A stretch of DNA of 64,000 nt from Bacteroidota bacterium (lineage in GTDB: Bacteria; Bacteroidota; Bacteroidia; JABEUT01). Below are positions 1 to 10,336 of the stretch, piece after piece. The stretch covers positions 12,434 to 76,433 of the forward strand of contig JAKAOA010000002.1 of the NCBI GenBank assembly GCA_021823405.1. Reading direction: 5' to 3'. Below the pieces are notes generated by a model. It did not search any database. It was not told the origin of the DNA and saw nothing but the letters and a program-made list of their open reading frames with translations. Positions within the stretch are counted from its first letter, which is position 1. The number at the start of each line of letters is the position of its first letter. Position numbers and translations under genes: made by a program.

Positions 1-962
1 AATATGCAAAAAATCCGAGCGCGGGCAATGAAGAAGAAAAGATAGAGATGCTCGGCAAAAAGGAATCATTTAAAGATGTGAACCTGTGGGACGACTACGA
101 CAAGATGTCGCCCGTGAACCTTACCAATAACGCCGACAATCTCGGACTACGCTGGAAGATGGCGATAGACCTTAATTCCTGTATCGGTTGCGGCAGTTGC
201 GTAGTAAGTTGTAATGCCGAGAACAACATACCTGTAGTAGGTAAAGACGAAGTGATGCGTACACGCGAAATGCACTGGATACGGATAGACCGCTATTACA
301 GCAGCGATATGACAATGGAGGAAGCGAAGAAAGAGGATATGACGGAATCGAACCGGATGTATGCCATGATGACGCCCTCGAGCGATAACCCTGAAGTTGC
401 ATTCCAGCCCGTAATGTGCATGCAATGCAACCATGCCCCATGCGAAACAGTATGTCCGGTAATTGCCACCAGCCATAGTTCAGAAGGCATTAACCAGATG
501 GTTTACAACCGCTGCGTAGGTACAAAATACTGCGCCAATAACTGTCCGTATAAAGTCCGCCGTTTCAACTGGTTTAATTACTACAGGGATGAAAAATTTG
601 TTGATGTAAATCCTGCACAGGAAAGCAACATCATAGGCAGAATGGTATTGAACCCTGATGTAGTGGTGCGCTCAAGAGGGGTAATGGAAAAATGTTCTTT
701 CTGTCTGCAACGCATTCAGGCGGGCAAATTGAAAGCCAAACTGGAAAGCCGCGAGATAAAGGATGGCGACATACAACCTGCCTGCGCACAATCCTGTCCG
801 ACCCAAGCGCTGATGTTTGGTAATGTAAATGATAAAGAGAGCAGGGTGGCAAAGCTTATAAATGACGAACGTGAGTACCTCCTGCTCGCCGACCTTGATA
901 CCCAGCCCAATGTATTCTATATGACCAAGATACGCAATAAGGACAAAGCAATCCTTGAATAG
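1..962 (+). CDS. actB: Alternative complex III subunit ActB, Fe-S (4Fe-4S ferredoxin-like) C-terminal part; gene is truncated at the window 5' edge. The frame-3 reading is open from position 3 to the stop at 960-962.
   Basis: Four CxxCxxCxxxCP-type cluster motifs (CIGCGSCVVSCNAEN, CMQCNHAPCETVCP, CVGTKYCANNCP, CSFC...CAQSCP). No stop codon from the window start in frame. Followed by the actC-F genes. Confidence 0.8.
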   Translation, partial: YAKNPSAGNEEEKIEMLGKKESFKDVNLWDDYDKMSPVNLTNNADNLGLRWKMAIDLNSCIGCGSCVVSCNAENNIPVVGKDEVMRTREMHWIRIDRYYSSDMTMEEAKKEDMTESNRMYAMMTPSSDNPEVAFQPVMCMQCNHAPCETVCPVIATSHSSEGINQMVYNRCVGTKYCANNCPYKVRRFNWFNYYRDEKFVDVNPAQESNIIGRMVLNPDVVVRSRGVMEKCSFCLQRIQAGKLKAKLESREIKDGDIQPACAQSCPTQALMFGNVNDKESRVAKLINDEREYLLLADLDTQPNVFYMTKIRNKDKAILE

Positions 963-1002
963 TAAGGAACGATTAACGAATATTAATATATAATAAAAGA
1001 AA

Positions 1003-2427
1003 ATGTCGCATCACGAATCAAACATCAGAGAGCCCCTACTGTTAGGTAAAAAAACATACCACCAGATAACAGAAGATGTAGCGCGTCCTGTAGAAGGGAA
1101 GGCGAACAACTACTGGTGGCTTATGCTCACCTTTGCCATCATCGCCTGGATTTGGGGCATCTGGTGCATGGCTTATTGCGTGGGGAGAGGCATTGGAACC
1201 TGGGGGCTTAACAGAACCATATTCTGGGGATGGGATATTACTAATTTCGTTTGGTGGATAGGAATAGGGCACGCCGGAACACTTATCTCCGCCGTTCTTT
1301 GCCTGTTCCGTCAACGCTGGCGTCTTACTATCAACCGGTCAGCCGAAGCCATGACCATTTTCGCCGTAATGTGCGCCGCCATTTTCCCTGTACTTCACAT
1401 GGGTAGACCATGGCTGGCATACTTCGTTTTCCCGCTGCCGAACCAGTTCGGTTCCTTGTGGGTTAACTTTAACTCGCCGCTATTGTGGGACGTGTTCGCC
1501 ATATCGACCTATTTTACCGTATCTCTTGTTTTCTGGTACCTTGGTCTTATCCCCGATTTTGCCATGATACGCGACAGGGCGATAGATAAAGGTAGAAAGC
1601 TATTTTATACCCTTTTAAGTTTCGGCTGGAGCGGACGCGCCAAGGACTGGCAACGTTACGAAGAAGTGTCGCTGGTACTGGCAGGCATAGCCACACCGCT
1701 TGTGTTCTCGGTTCACTCAATAGTAAGTTCCGACTTTGCGACCGGCGTGGTGCGCGGCTGGCACTCCACCATCTACCCGCCCTACTTTGTTGCAGGAGCC
1801 ATTTTTTCCGGTATGGCAATGGTGCTTACCCTTGTCATAATAGGAAGAAAAGTGCTTAACCTTGAGGAATATATTACCATACAGCACGTAGATACCATGA
1901 ACAGGGTAATGCTTACCATGGGCGCCGTAGTTGGCATAGCATACTTTGTAGAATTCTTTATGGCATGGTACTCCGGCGATCCCAACGAAAGTTTTATTTA
2001 TCTCTCCTGGAACAACGCAAAAGGAGTTTATGGCTGGGCATTCTGGTCGCTTATTATCTGCAACATCCTGTTGCCTCAAATTTTGTGGGTAAAAAAATAT
2101 CGCAGAAATCTTTATATAACCTTCATCCTATCCATAGTAATAAATATCGGAATGTGGTTCGAACGGTTTTGTATCATCGTTACCGACCTCTACCGCGATT
2201 ACATTCCTTCCGACTGGACCTATTACCGCCCTACTTTTGTAGAAGTAGGCACTTATGTTGGAACGCTTGGCATGTTCTTCACCTTTTTCCTGATTTTCGC
2301 CCGCTGGTTCCCGTTCATTGCACAGGCGGAACTTAAAACAACCCTGAAAGCGACAGGCGACCTTTATCACAATCCGCCCCGCCGCCTCACCCATAATGAA
2401 GAAGCGCTCGTACCTCAAAACTCATAA
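1003..2427 (+). CDS. actC: Alternative complex III subunit ActC (NrfD/PsrC-like polytopic membrane quinol-oxidising subunit)
   Basis: 474 aa, many TM helices, NrfD-like. Operon position between actB and actD. Confidence 0.8.
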   Translation: MSHHESNIREPLLLGKKTYHQITEDVARPVEGKANNYWWLMLTFAIIAWIWGIWCMAYCVGRGIGTWGLNRTIFWGWDITNFVWWIGIGHAGTLISAVLCLFRQRWRLTINRSAEAMTIFAVMCAAIFPVLHMGRPWLAYFVFPLPNQFGSLWVNFNSPLLWDVFAISTYFTVSLVFWYLGLIPDFAMIRDRAIDKGRKLFYTLLSFGWSGRAKDWQRYEEVSLVLAGIATPLVFSVHSIVSSDFATGVVRGWHSTIYPPYFVAGAIFSGMAMVLTLVIIGRKVLNLEEYITIQHVDTMNRVMLTMGAVVGIAYFVEFFMAWYSGDPNESFIYLSWNNAKGVYGWAFWSLIICNILLPQILWVKKYRRNLYITFILSIVINIGMWFERFCIIVTDLYRDYIPSDWTYYRPTFVEVGTYVGTLGMFFTFFLIFARWFPFIAQAELKTTLKATGDLYHNPPRRLTHNEEALVPQNS

Positions 2428-2439
2428 TTTTTTTCTATC

Positions 2440-2964
2440 ATGGCTACATACATTCATGCCCTCTACAACGACGACGACCGCCTGATTGACGGAGCGAAAA
2501 AGGTTCGCGAACAGGGCTTTTCAATCAAAGAAGTTTTCTCTCCGTTCCCAGTACACGGCATCGATAAGGTGATGGGGCTTAAACGCACCCGCATTTCTAT
2601 ATGCTGCTTTATATACGGATGCACCGGCTTTTCCCTCGCCTTCTGGATGATATGGTATATGCTCATTAAAGATTGGCCTATAGATATAGGCGGGAAACCA
2701 AACTTTACATGGTATCATAACATACCATCGTGGATTCCCGTTTTGTTCGAAGCAACTATATTTTGTTCCGCACACGGTATGGCGCTCACGTTGTTATTCA
2801 GAAGTTGGCTTTTCCCGGGCGTTACCCCAAAAAACCCCGACCCGCGTACCACCGACGATCACTTCCTGATGGTATTACCTGCTCACAGCGAGGAAGACGA
2901 ACTTAAACTCATAGCTACCGCCAACGCAACAGGCGCAGTGGAAGTAAAAAAAGTGCATTTGTAA
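2440..2964 (+). CDS. actD: Alternative complex III subunit ActD (DUF3341 membrane protein)
   Basis: 174 aa, two TM segments. Conserved position in the ACIII operon. Confidence 0.7.
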   Translation: MATYIHALYNDDDRLIDGAKKVREQGFSIKEVFSPFPVHGIDKVMGLKRTRISICCFIYGCTGFSLAFWMIWYMLIKDWPIDIGGKPNFTWYHNIPSWIPVLFEATIFCSAHGMALTLLFRSWLFPGVTPKNPDPRTTDDHFLMVLPAHSEEDELKLIATANATGAVEVKKVHL

Positions 2965-3027
2965 TAGAGCAACTGTCAGAATTATATTAAGTAACAGGAT
3001 ATAAATAGTAAACTGCGAATTACCATT

Positions 3028-3696
3028 ATGAAAAATAAAATGCAAAAGATGCTGATGAAAATAATTCCAATGCTTGGGGCGGGAGTTTATTTTTCATTGC
3101 TTTTCAGTTCCTGTACACGGAACAATCCCGACAGTTCGGGAGTTGAATACATGCCCGATATGTACCGGTCGCCCTCCTATGAAGATAATTCGGTGAATGG
3201 CTTTTATGCCGACAGCATGACCGACCGCCGTCCGGTTACAGGTACTGTACCCGTAGGTTTTTGGCCCGACCCGTTTCCGAACACCCCCGATGGCTGGGCG
3301 GATGCGAAGCAATATCTGAAAGATCCTTACCCTGCTTCACCGGAAGTGCAAGCCGATGGCAAAGCAATATTCGAGATTTACTGCATACACTGCCACGGAA
3401 AAGAGGGCAAAGGCGATGGTCCCGTCGCCCAAAAGCTGCCCGGTCCTCCGCCGCCTTACTCCAGTCCGCAAATCAGGGCATATTCGGAGGGAGAAATATA
3501 TCAGGTGCTTGAATACGGAGGGGCTTATGGAAACAACCTGATGGGGTCGCACGCCTCCCAACTTACCGTTGATGAAAGATGGAAACTGATACGTTATATA
3601 CAAGTGCTTCAAAACCTGGGGCAGTCGGATTCCACGAAGGCAACCACCGCCACTGATACAGTTAAAAATACAGTACCTTCCACTCCAAACTCATAA
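3028..3696 (+). CDS. actE: Alternative complex III subunit ActE, mono-heme cytochrome c lipoprotein
   Basis: Single CxxCH (CIHCHG). Signal peptide with lipobox LLFSSC. Operon context. Confidence 0.75.
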   Translation: MKNKMQKMLMKIIPMLGAGVYFSLLFSSCTRNNPDSSGVEYMPDMYRSPSYEDNSVNGFYADSMTDRRPVTGTVPVGFWPDPFPNTPDGWADAKQYLKDPYPASPEVQADGKAIFEIYCIHCHGKEGKGDGPVAQKLPGPPPPYSSPQIRAYSEGEIYQVLEYGGAYGNNLMGSHASQLTVDERWKLIRYIQVLQNLGQSDSTKATTATDTVKNTVPSTPNS

Positions 3697-3723
3697 TTTA
3701 TAGTTCTTAACTCTTATCTTAAT

Positions 3724-4935
3724 ATGAATTATTACACTTTTTCAGGCAGGACTAAAAATTTCACCTTTGCACTAATGGGAATTGGAGTAATTGCGCTCCT
3801 CTACGGATTATTCAACGGAGAAATAAGCGGCGCCCGGTTCTGGGCTAATATTCTTCTGGAAGGACTGTTTTTTAGCTTTATTGCTCTCGGCGCGGTATTC
3901 TTCATGTCGCTGCAATATGTAGCGCAGGCGGGCTGGTCGGTACTCGTAAAACGCGTGTATGAGGCGATAGGAACATTTATGCCTTTCGGATTGCTCGCTA
4001 TTTTTATTGTTCTTGTAGCCAGTATTATTGGCGGCATGGCAGGGCATAATGATATTGTATATCGTTGGATGCAGAAAGGAGTAACCGACCCCTCAAGCCC
4101 TGTTTATGATGAGATGGTAGTGAAAAAATCGATGTGGCTTAACATTCCCTTTGTACTGATACGAACCATTGTTATTACCTCGGTATGGATTTATATGGGA
4201 ATGGTAATGCGCAAGCGTTCCATAGAAATGGACCTTACTAATGATTTCCTGCCGCTTCATTATAAAAACATGATGACCGCAGCCGTTTATATTGTTTTCT
4301 TCGGAATAACCGAACAGTTTATGGCGTGGGATTGGGTAATGGCGATAGATTATAATTGGCACAGCACCCTCTTCGGCTGGTATCTGTTCGACGATATGTG
4401 GCTTACCAGCGTAGTAGTAACCATATTACTTACTCTCTATCTAAAAAGAAAGGGGCTTTTGCAAAATGTAAATTCAGACCATATTCACAATCTCGGTTTA
4501 TGGATGTTTGCATTAAGCGTATTATGGACTTACCTCTGGTTTTGGCAGTTCATGCTCTATTGGTACACCAACATACCTGACGAAGTGGTATTCTTTCAGC
4601 CCCGTATTGACCATTACAGGTGGCTTTTCTGGATCATGATGATGGTGAACCTCCTGTTCCCGCTCATCGGGTTAATGACCCGCGATACAAAGCGCAATCC
4701 TATGTTCCTTGCAATAATAGGCAGCACAATAATGGTAACCCATTGGATAGACGCCTATATATGGGTAATGCCCGGTTCGGTAGGCACCGGATGGCATATC
4801 GGCTTCCTTGAAATCGGCTTATTAGCCGGCTTTACAGGTTTGTTCCTCTTCGTAGTTCTTAGCTCGCTGGCGAAAGCTCCGATACAGGTAAAAAATCATC
4901 CCTATCTTGAAGAAAGTTTGCACCACCATTTTTAA
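3724..4935 (+). CDS. actF: Alternative complex III subunit ActF (NrfD-like membrane subunit)
   Basis: 403 aa polytopic membrane protein directly after actE. Confidence 0.7.
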   Translation: MNYYTFSGRTKNFTFALMGIGVIALLYGLFNGEISGARFWANILLEGLFFSFIALGAVFFMSLQYVAQAGWSVLVKRVYEAIGTFMPFGLLAIFIVLVASIIGGMAGHNDIVYRWMQKGVTDPSSPVYDEMVVKKSMWLNIPFVLIRTIVITSVWIYMGMVMRKRSIEMDLTNDFLPLHYKNMMTAAVYIVFFGITEQFMAWDWVMAIDYNWHSTLFGWYLFDDMWLTSVVVTILLTLYLKRKGLLQNVNSDHIHNLGLWMFALSVLWTYLWFWQFMLYWYTNIPDEVVFFQPRIDHYRWLFWIMMMVNLLFPLIGLMTRDTKRNPMFLAIIGSTIMVTHWIDAYIWVMPGSVGTGWHIGFLEIGLLAGFTGLFLFVVLSSLAKAPIQVKNHPYLEESLHHHF

Positions 4936-5019
4936 ACCGATAAGAAAAAATTAAAGTTTATCCGCACACGCTTTTTATGTAATTTTACGACCAATTAATC
5001 AAATTAAATTAGAAGTTAA

Positions 5020-6006
5020 ATGATAACCTTCCTATCATATCTTGCTGTTGTATTGGCGCTGGTACTTGTATTTCAGTTGATGAACGTGTACCAACTTGCA
5101 TCTGAACTTAAAGGCGAAAACACCGGGCTGGCAAACGACCGTGACAACCACTCGCAGGGAATAGGCATGCTCCTGTTTGTTGCAGGATTTTTTATATTCC
5201 TCATATCCCTGATTTTCATCTATAAGGATAAAATGCTCCCTGAAGCCGCTTCGGATGTAGGCAGAGAAGCCGACCACCTGATGAACTTCAACTGGGTTAT
5301 TATATTCATAGTGTTCTTCATCACAGAAGCAATGCTGTTTTATTTTGCCAATAAGTATAAGAAGAGCAAAACCAATGCAAAAGCTTTTTATTTCCCCCAC
5401 CAGGATAAACTTGAATTGATATGGACCGTAGTACCGTCAATTGTGCTTGCAGTAATTATTATTTATGGATTAAGTTTATGGGGAAAAATGACGGGTAAGC
5501 CCGATAAAGATTCCATTATCGTTCAGATTTATGCCAAACAATTTGATTTTACCGCGCGCTATGCCGGACAAGATAATGTACTTGGTAAAACCGACTACAA
5601 ACTGATAGATGATGCAACCAATCCGCTTGGTTTGGATACCACTGATAGCAAAGGTTGGGATGACATTATAGTAAAGGGAGAACTCCATGTACCGGTAAAT
5701 CATCCCGTTGATTTCAAATGCAATTCAAGAGATGTAATGCATGGCATGTATATGCCCTATTTCCGGGAACAGATAAACTGTGCGCCCGGATTAACTACCG
5801 ATATGCACTTTATCCCTACCATCACCACAGCCCAGATGCGGCAGATGGTGCACGATACCACCTTCGATTACATGCTGTTATGCAACAGAGTATGCGGTGC
5901 AGGTCACTATAATATGCAGATGAAAATAGTGGTGGACAGCCCTGAACAATTTAATGAGTGGCTCGCCAAACAGAAAACATTCCGTTCGGGCATTGCCGCC
6001 AAATAA
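5020..6006 (+). CDS. coxB: Cytochrome c oxidase subunit II (CuA centre; no fused heme c domain)
   Basis: CuA ligand motif H...CNRVCGAGHYNMQM. N-terminal TM helices. No CxxCH. Upstream of subunit I. Confidence 0.85.
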   Translation: MITFLSYLAVVLALVLVFQLMNVYQLASELKGENTGLANDRDNHSQGIGMLLFVAGFFIFLISLIFIYKDKMLPEAASDVGREADHLMNFNWVIIFIVFFITEAMLFYFANKYKKSKTNAKAFYFPHQDKLELIWTVVPSIVLAVIIIYGLSLWGKMTGKPDKDSIIVQIYAKQFDFTARYAGQDNVLGKTDYKLIDDATNPLGLDTTDSKGWDDIIVKGELHVPVNHPVDFKCNSRDVMHGMYMPYFREQINCAPGLTTDMHFIPTITTAQMRQMVHDTTFDYMLLCNRVCGAGHYNMQMKIVVDSPEQFNEWLAKQKTFRSGIAAK

Positions 6007-6054
6007 AAGTTGAAATCAGAATAGAGAAAATTATATAATCTTAATAATAATTAA

Positions 6055-7869
6055 ATGGAAACTCACAACCACCAAGCTGCGGAGCATCATCATCACGAAG
6101 AGCACCACGAACTACCTTTTATCAGGAAGTACGTGTTCAGCATGGACCATAAAATTATAAGCAAACAGTTCCTTTTCACCGCCATGTTCATGGCATTTGC
6201 AGCAGCCATAATGAGCATGCTGTTCAGATTGCAGTTGGGCTGGCAGGGACATCCTTTCGGAATAATCCATTATCTGCTTGGCGACAAATGGGGCAGCTAT
6301 AACGGCAAAGCAGGCGTAATGGACCCCAACATTTACCTTGGTTTAGTAACCATTCACGGAACCATCATGGTATTCTTCCTGCTCACAGGCGGACTAAGCG
6401 GGACATTTGCAAACCTGCTTATTCCACTGCAAGTGGGAGCGCGCGATATGGCATCGCCCTTTCTGAATATGCTTTCCTACTGGTTCTTCCTTGTTTCATC
6501 CCTAATAATGTTCATTTCGCTTTTTGTGCAAACAGGACCTGCATCCGCCGGCTGGACGATATATCCGCCGTTGAGCGCACTGCCCCAGGCAATGGACGGC
6601 TCAAAGCTGGGGATGACCCTATGGCTCATTAGCATCGCCCTGTTCATCGTTTCTTCCTTACTTGGCGGTCTAAATTACATTGTTACTGTTATTAACCTGC
6701 GCACAAAAGGCATGAAAATGACCCGACTCCCATTAACAATATGGGCATTGCTGATAACAGCCATTCTCGGTGTTCTGTCGTTCCCGGTATTATTCGGCGC
6801 CGCCATATTGCTTATATTCGACAGAACCTTCGACACCAGCTTCTTCCTGTCCGATATTTTTATCGGCGGTCAGGCATTATCGCAGACAGGAGGCAGCCCC
6901 ATCCTTTTTGAGCACCTCTTCTGGTTCCTCGGTCACCCCGAAGTGTATATAGTAATTATGCCCGCCTTCGGGATAATGAGCGAAATTATTTCCATAAGCG
7001 CACGGAAACCCATTTTTGGCTACCGCGCTATGATTGGCTCCATGCTCTCCATCGCCTTTCTTGCCTTTATCGTATGGGGGCATCACATGTTTGTAAGCGG
7101 CATGAATCCGTTCCTCGGTTCGGTGTTCGTATTTACCACCCTGCTTATAGCTATTCCGTCCGCCGTAAAGGCGTTTAACTATATAACAACACTATGGAAA
7201 GGGACAATACATTTTAATCCGCAGGTGCTTTTTGTAATCGGCGCCGTATCCACCTTTATCTCCGGCGGTCTTACCGGCATTATTCTGGCAGATTCCGCAC
7301 TGGACGTATCGGTTCACGGAACCTATTTTGTGGTGGCGCATTTTCACATTGTAATGGGTTTGTCTGCCGTACTGGCGATGTTCGGCGGCGTATATCACTG
7401 GTTCCCCAAAATGTTCGGACGGCTGATGAACAAAAAATTGGGCTACTGGCATTTCTGGCTTACCTTTATATGCGCATACGGTGTCTTCCTGCCTATGCAC
7501 TTTTTGGGCTTGGCAGGCGTTCCGCGCAGGTATTACACGAACGAATTCTTCCCCGTATTTGAAAAACTGCAGAGCATTAATCAGATTGTAACCGTTTTCG
7601 CGATAATCGGCGTTCTCTCGCAGATAATTTTCTTTGTCAACTTCTTTTACAGTATGAGAAAAGGTCAGGTTGCCGAACAAAATCCATGGCACGCCAACAC
7701 CTTGGAATGGACTACAAAGCTTGTACCCGGTCATGGCAATTGGGAAGGACCTCTGCCGGTAGTTCACCGCTGGGCTTACGATTACAGCAAGCCAGGTAAG
7801 GAACAGGACTATGTACCTCAAACCGTTCCGATAGAGCCGGGCGAATTGGATGAAGGCGCACACGCCTGA
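6055..7869 (+). CDS. ctaD: Cytochrome c oxidase subunit I (heme-copper oxidase catalytic subunit); His-rich N-terminal tail HNHQAAEHHHHEEHHE
   Basis: 604 aa, 12+ TM helices. Conserved GHPEVY and HHMF..G motifs. Confidence 0.9.
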   Translation: METHNHQAAEHHHHEEHHELPFIRKYVFSMDHKIISKQFLFTAMFMAFAAAIMSMLFRLQLGWQGHPFGIIHYLLGDKWGSYNGKAGVMDPNIYLGLVTIHGTIMVFFLLTGGLSGTFANLLIPLQVGARDMASPFLNMLSYWFFLVSSLIMFISLFVQTGPASAGWTIYPPLSALPQAMDGSKLGMTLWLISIALFIVSSLLGGLNYIVTVINLRTKGMKMTRLPLTIWALLITAILGVLSFPVLFGAAILLIFDRTFDTSFFLSDIFIGGQALSQTGGSPILFEHLFWFLGHPEVYIVIMPAFGIMSEIISISARKPIFGYRAMIGSMLSIAFLAFIVWGHHMFVSGMNPFLGSVFVFTTLLIAIPSAVKAFNYITTLWKGTIHFNPQVLFVIGAVSTFISGGLTGIILADSALDVSVHGTYFVVAHFHIVMGLSAVLAMFGGVYHWFPKMFGRLMNKKLGYWHFWLTFICAYGVFLPMHFLGLAGVPRRYYTNEFFPVFEKLQSINQIVTVFAIIGVLSQIIFFVNFFYSMRKGQVAEQNPWHANTLEWTTKLVPGHGNWEGPLPVVHRWAYDYSKPGKEQDYVPQTVPIEPGELDEGAHA

Positions 7870-8107
7870 TTATGTAACCAAATTACGCAGATAAGAATGC
7901 TGACTGTGTAGCAGGGAAGTCAGTTTGGTCATAATAAGGGAGAAAGTCGCATACGTATCAAAGTGATAAGGGAAAATGTTAGTAAAATAATATGCTGAAA
8001 ATCAATTATATAAACACTTCTAAAAGGATTTAGTATGAAAATAAATATGCGTAAAGGCATTTTGTAAGAATTAATATATATATTTGAACTCTTAAACCAA
8101 AAAAAAT

Positions 8108-10201
8108 ATGAAAAAATTATTAATTACAGCATGCGCAATATTCAGTTTGATATTCGCTGCAAAGGCGCAATTGCCATACGCGCAAAACTTCCAAACCTCC
8201 ATGACGAATATGCCTGTTGGTTGGGATACCGGTTATTATAAGTATCATAAAGGAATAGCGCCGGGATGGCAATTTAATGACGTATGGCCAACCCATGGAA
8301 ATAGCTTATGGAAAGGAAATGTTGCAACACACACGTATTGTACGTTTGTTGATGATATTGATTACGATTACACCGGGGCTTATAATAATACTTCAGGAGT
8401 TAACTGTTATGATACATTACGGACAAGTTCCTTTAATTGTTCGGCATCCGCCAATGTTTTTCTCCAGTTCGACTATAACTTCAATAATTATACGGGCTTT
8501 GAGGTTGGAACGGTTGCCATATCAACCGATGGAGGAGCTACATGGACTACTGCGGTTACCTTGCCTCAAGTAAATGACATAACCTGGCACAACGGACAAG
8601 TATTTGATATTTCGGCTCAAGCAGGCAGTCAATCAAGTGTAATGCTTGCCTTCTGCTATTGGAACGATAGCGCCGGGGTATATGGATATTACGGCAAACA
8701 TTATCCGGGTTGGGGAATGGCAATAGATAACTTAAATGTTTATGTACCCAAAGCATACGATGTACAGGTAACGAGTCAAACCCAGTCGGCATTCCTTCAG
8801 GTTGGTAAAGCTTACACCATGTCAGGAACCGCCTTCGATTCTGGCAGCGCAACAATTACATCCATGACCATGAATTACAGTGTAAATGGCGGCGCTACCC
8901 AATCGCAGAATATATCCGGTATTTCGGGTTTCAGCGCACTTACAAGTTTAAGCCCTAACTGGAGTTTAGGTTCTATACCATTCACACCTCCGGCTGTGGG
9001 ATTATATACTATTAAGTACTGGGCTACCGCCCTTAATGGCGCGAATGCCAATCTTAATTCCGACACCTTAAAAGCTACCTTCATGGCAGTTGACAGTTTA
9101 CAGCCACGTACCGCACTATTTGAAGAAACAGTAGGACAATCTTGCTATTACTGTATGTTGGCTGGTCCAAATGTAGATTCAGTGGGTTACAACCAAGCTG
9201 GAAATGTTAATATCATTCATTACCACGTACCCTATCCCGGTCCGCCGGATTATATGTATTCTGCAAATACAGGCATAGGCACCTTTTACGAAACCTATTA
9301 TAGCGTGGCAGGTACGCCCGATGGCGAGTTAGACGGACAGAGTTTATATCCCGGCGCTCTTTTAGCTCCGAATGATTTTTCAACGCCTTATGTTGAAAGT
9401 GAGAATGCAATGGGCGCGCCCTTTAAAATAAAGATTAACAGCGTTACCTATAATCCGAGTACATTAATGTACAATGCCAATGTTACGGTAACTTCCTATG
9501 GTACGTTTTCATCGGGCTTAATAGCGAGAGCGGTAATTACCGGTGATACGGTTGTTTATACACAGGACTACAGTGCGGATGATCCGCCAAGCAGCTTTCA
9601 GCCGCCAGATGGAACCAATCCAAGCGGAACATCCGATTATTATTGGCAGTTTGTAACAAGGTTTGCATCGGTAGCATTGGATGAAATGCCAAGCACAAGT
9701 GGCACTTCGTTAGGCGCATTCACCCCAAATGCAAACCAAACGCTTAACCTTAGCTGGAAGAGAAACCATCCGGATTCTTATGACCGTAGCTTGTATCCAT
9801 ACGATTCTTCCGCCTCGGAACATCTTACCGTATTCATTCAGGCAGATGCCGGAATTGCAACGGTGGGGATACCTAATAAGTATGTTCTGCAGTCGGCTTC
9901 CAAGCAGATTAGTATTGTAAATGGAGTTCAGGATTTGACCGATGGCGTAGATTTCAATCTCTACCCAAATCCGACCAGCAAAATGACTAATCTCTACTTC
10001 ACCCTTGATCAGGAGCAACATCTAAGCGTACAGATGTACAATATGCTTGGCGAACAGGTTTATTCCAATGACTTTGGAACCATGTCGGCGGGCGATCATC
10101 TGGTAAACATAAATTGCGCCACATTCCAATCAGGCGTTTATTTTGTTAGAATTACCACCGATAAGTCATCAGTTACAAAGCGGTTAGTTATTCAGCAATA
10201 A
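8108..10201 (+). CDS. T9SS C-terminal sorting domain-containing secreted protein (MAM/choice-of-anchor-J-like N-terminal domain)
   Basis: Signal peptide MKKLLITACAIFSLIFAAKAQ. C-terminal Por-secretion sorting domain (...LYPNPTSKMTNLYF...GVYFVRITTDKSSVTKRLVIQQ). Confidence 0.7.
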   Translation: MKKLLITACAIFSLIFAAKAQLPYAQNFQTSMTNMPVGWDTGYYKYHKGIAPGWQFNDVWPTHGNSLWKGNVATHTYCTFVDDIDYDYTGAYNNTSGVNCYDTLRTSSFNCSASANVFLQFDYNFNNYTGFEVGTVAISTDGGATWTTAVTLPQVNDITWHNGQVFDISAQAGSQSSVMLAFCYWNDSAGVYGYYGKHYPGWGMAIDNLNVYVPKAYDVQVTSQTQSAFLQVGKAYTMSGTAFDSGSATITSMTMNYSVNGGATQSQNISGISGFSALTSLSPNWSLGSIPFTPPAVGLYTIKYWATALNGANANLNSDTLKATFMAVDSLQPRTALFEETVGQSCYYCMLAGPNVDSVGYNQAGNVNIIHYHVPYPGPPDYMYSANTGIGTFYETYYSVAGTPDGELDGQSLYPGALLAPNDFSTPYVESENAMGAPFKIKINSVTYNPSTLMYNANVTVTSYGTFSSGLIARAVITGDTVVYTQDYSADDPPSSFQPPDGTNPSGTSDYYWQFVTRFASVALDEMPSTSGTSLGAFTPNANQTLNLSWKRNHPDSYDRSLYPYDSSASEHLTVFIQADAGIATVGIPNKYVLQSASKQISIVNGVQDLTDGVDFNLYPNPTSKMTNLYFTLDQEQHLSVQMYNMLGEQVYSNDFGTMSAGDHLVNINCATFQSGVYFVRITTDKSSVTKRLVIQQ

Positions 10202-10221
10202 AAGGCAATTTAGCTTCATAG

Positions 10222-10262
10222 AACCACCCTTGACAATAAAAAGTCAAGGGTGGTTTCAGTTA
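10222..10262 (+). terminator. Rho-independent terminator: 13-bp perfect stem AACCACCCTTGAC / GTCAAGGGTGGTT with 8-nt loop
   Basis: Perfect inverted repeat 10222-10234 / 10243-10255 immediately after the stop at 10201, followed by a T-containing tail. Confidence 0.7.
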
Positions 10263-10336
10263 TTAAAGTGTTAAATAAGCTAAATATACTTTCCCTAATT
10301 TAGAAAAACTTACTATCTTTGAATAAAATTTACAAT

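Noticed and set aside
7192-7863. 223-aa minus-strand ORF inside ctaD
   Set aside because: Antisense to cytochrome oxidase subunit I.
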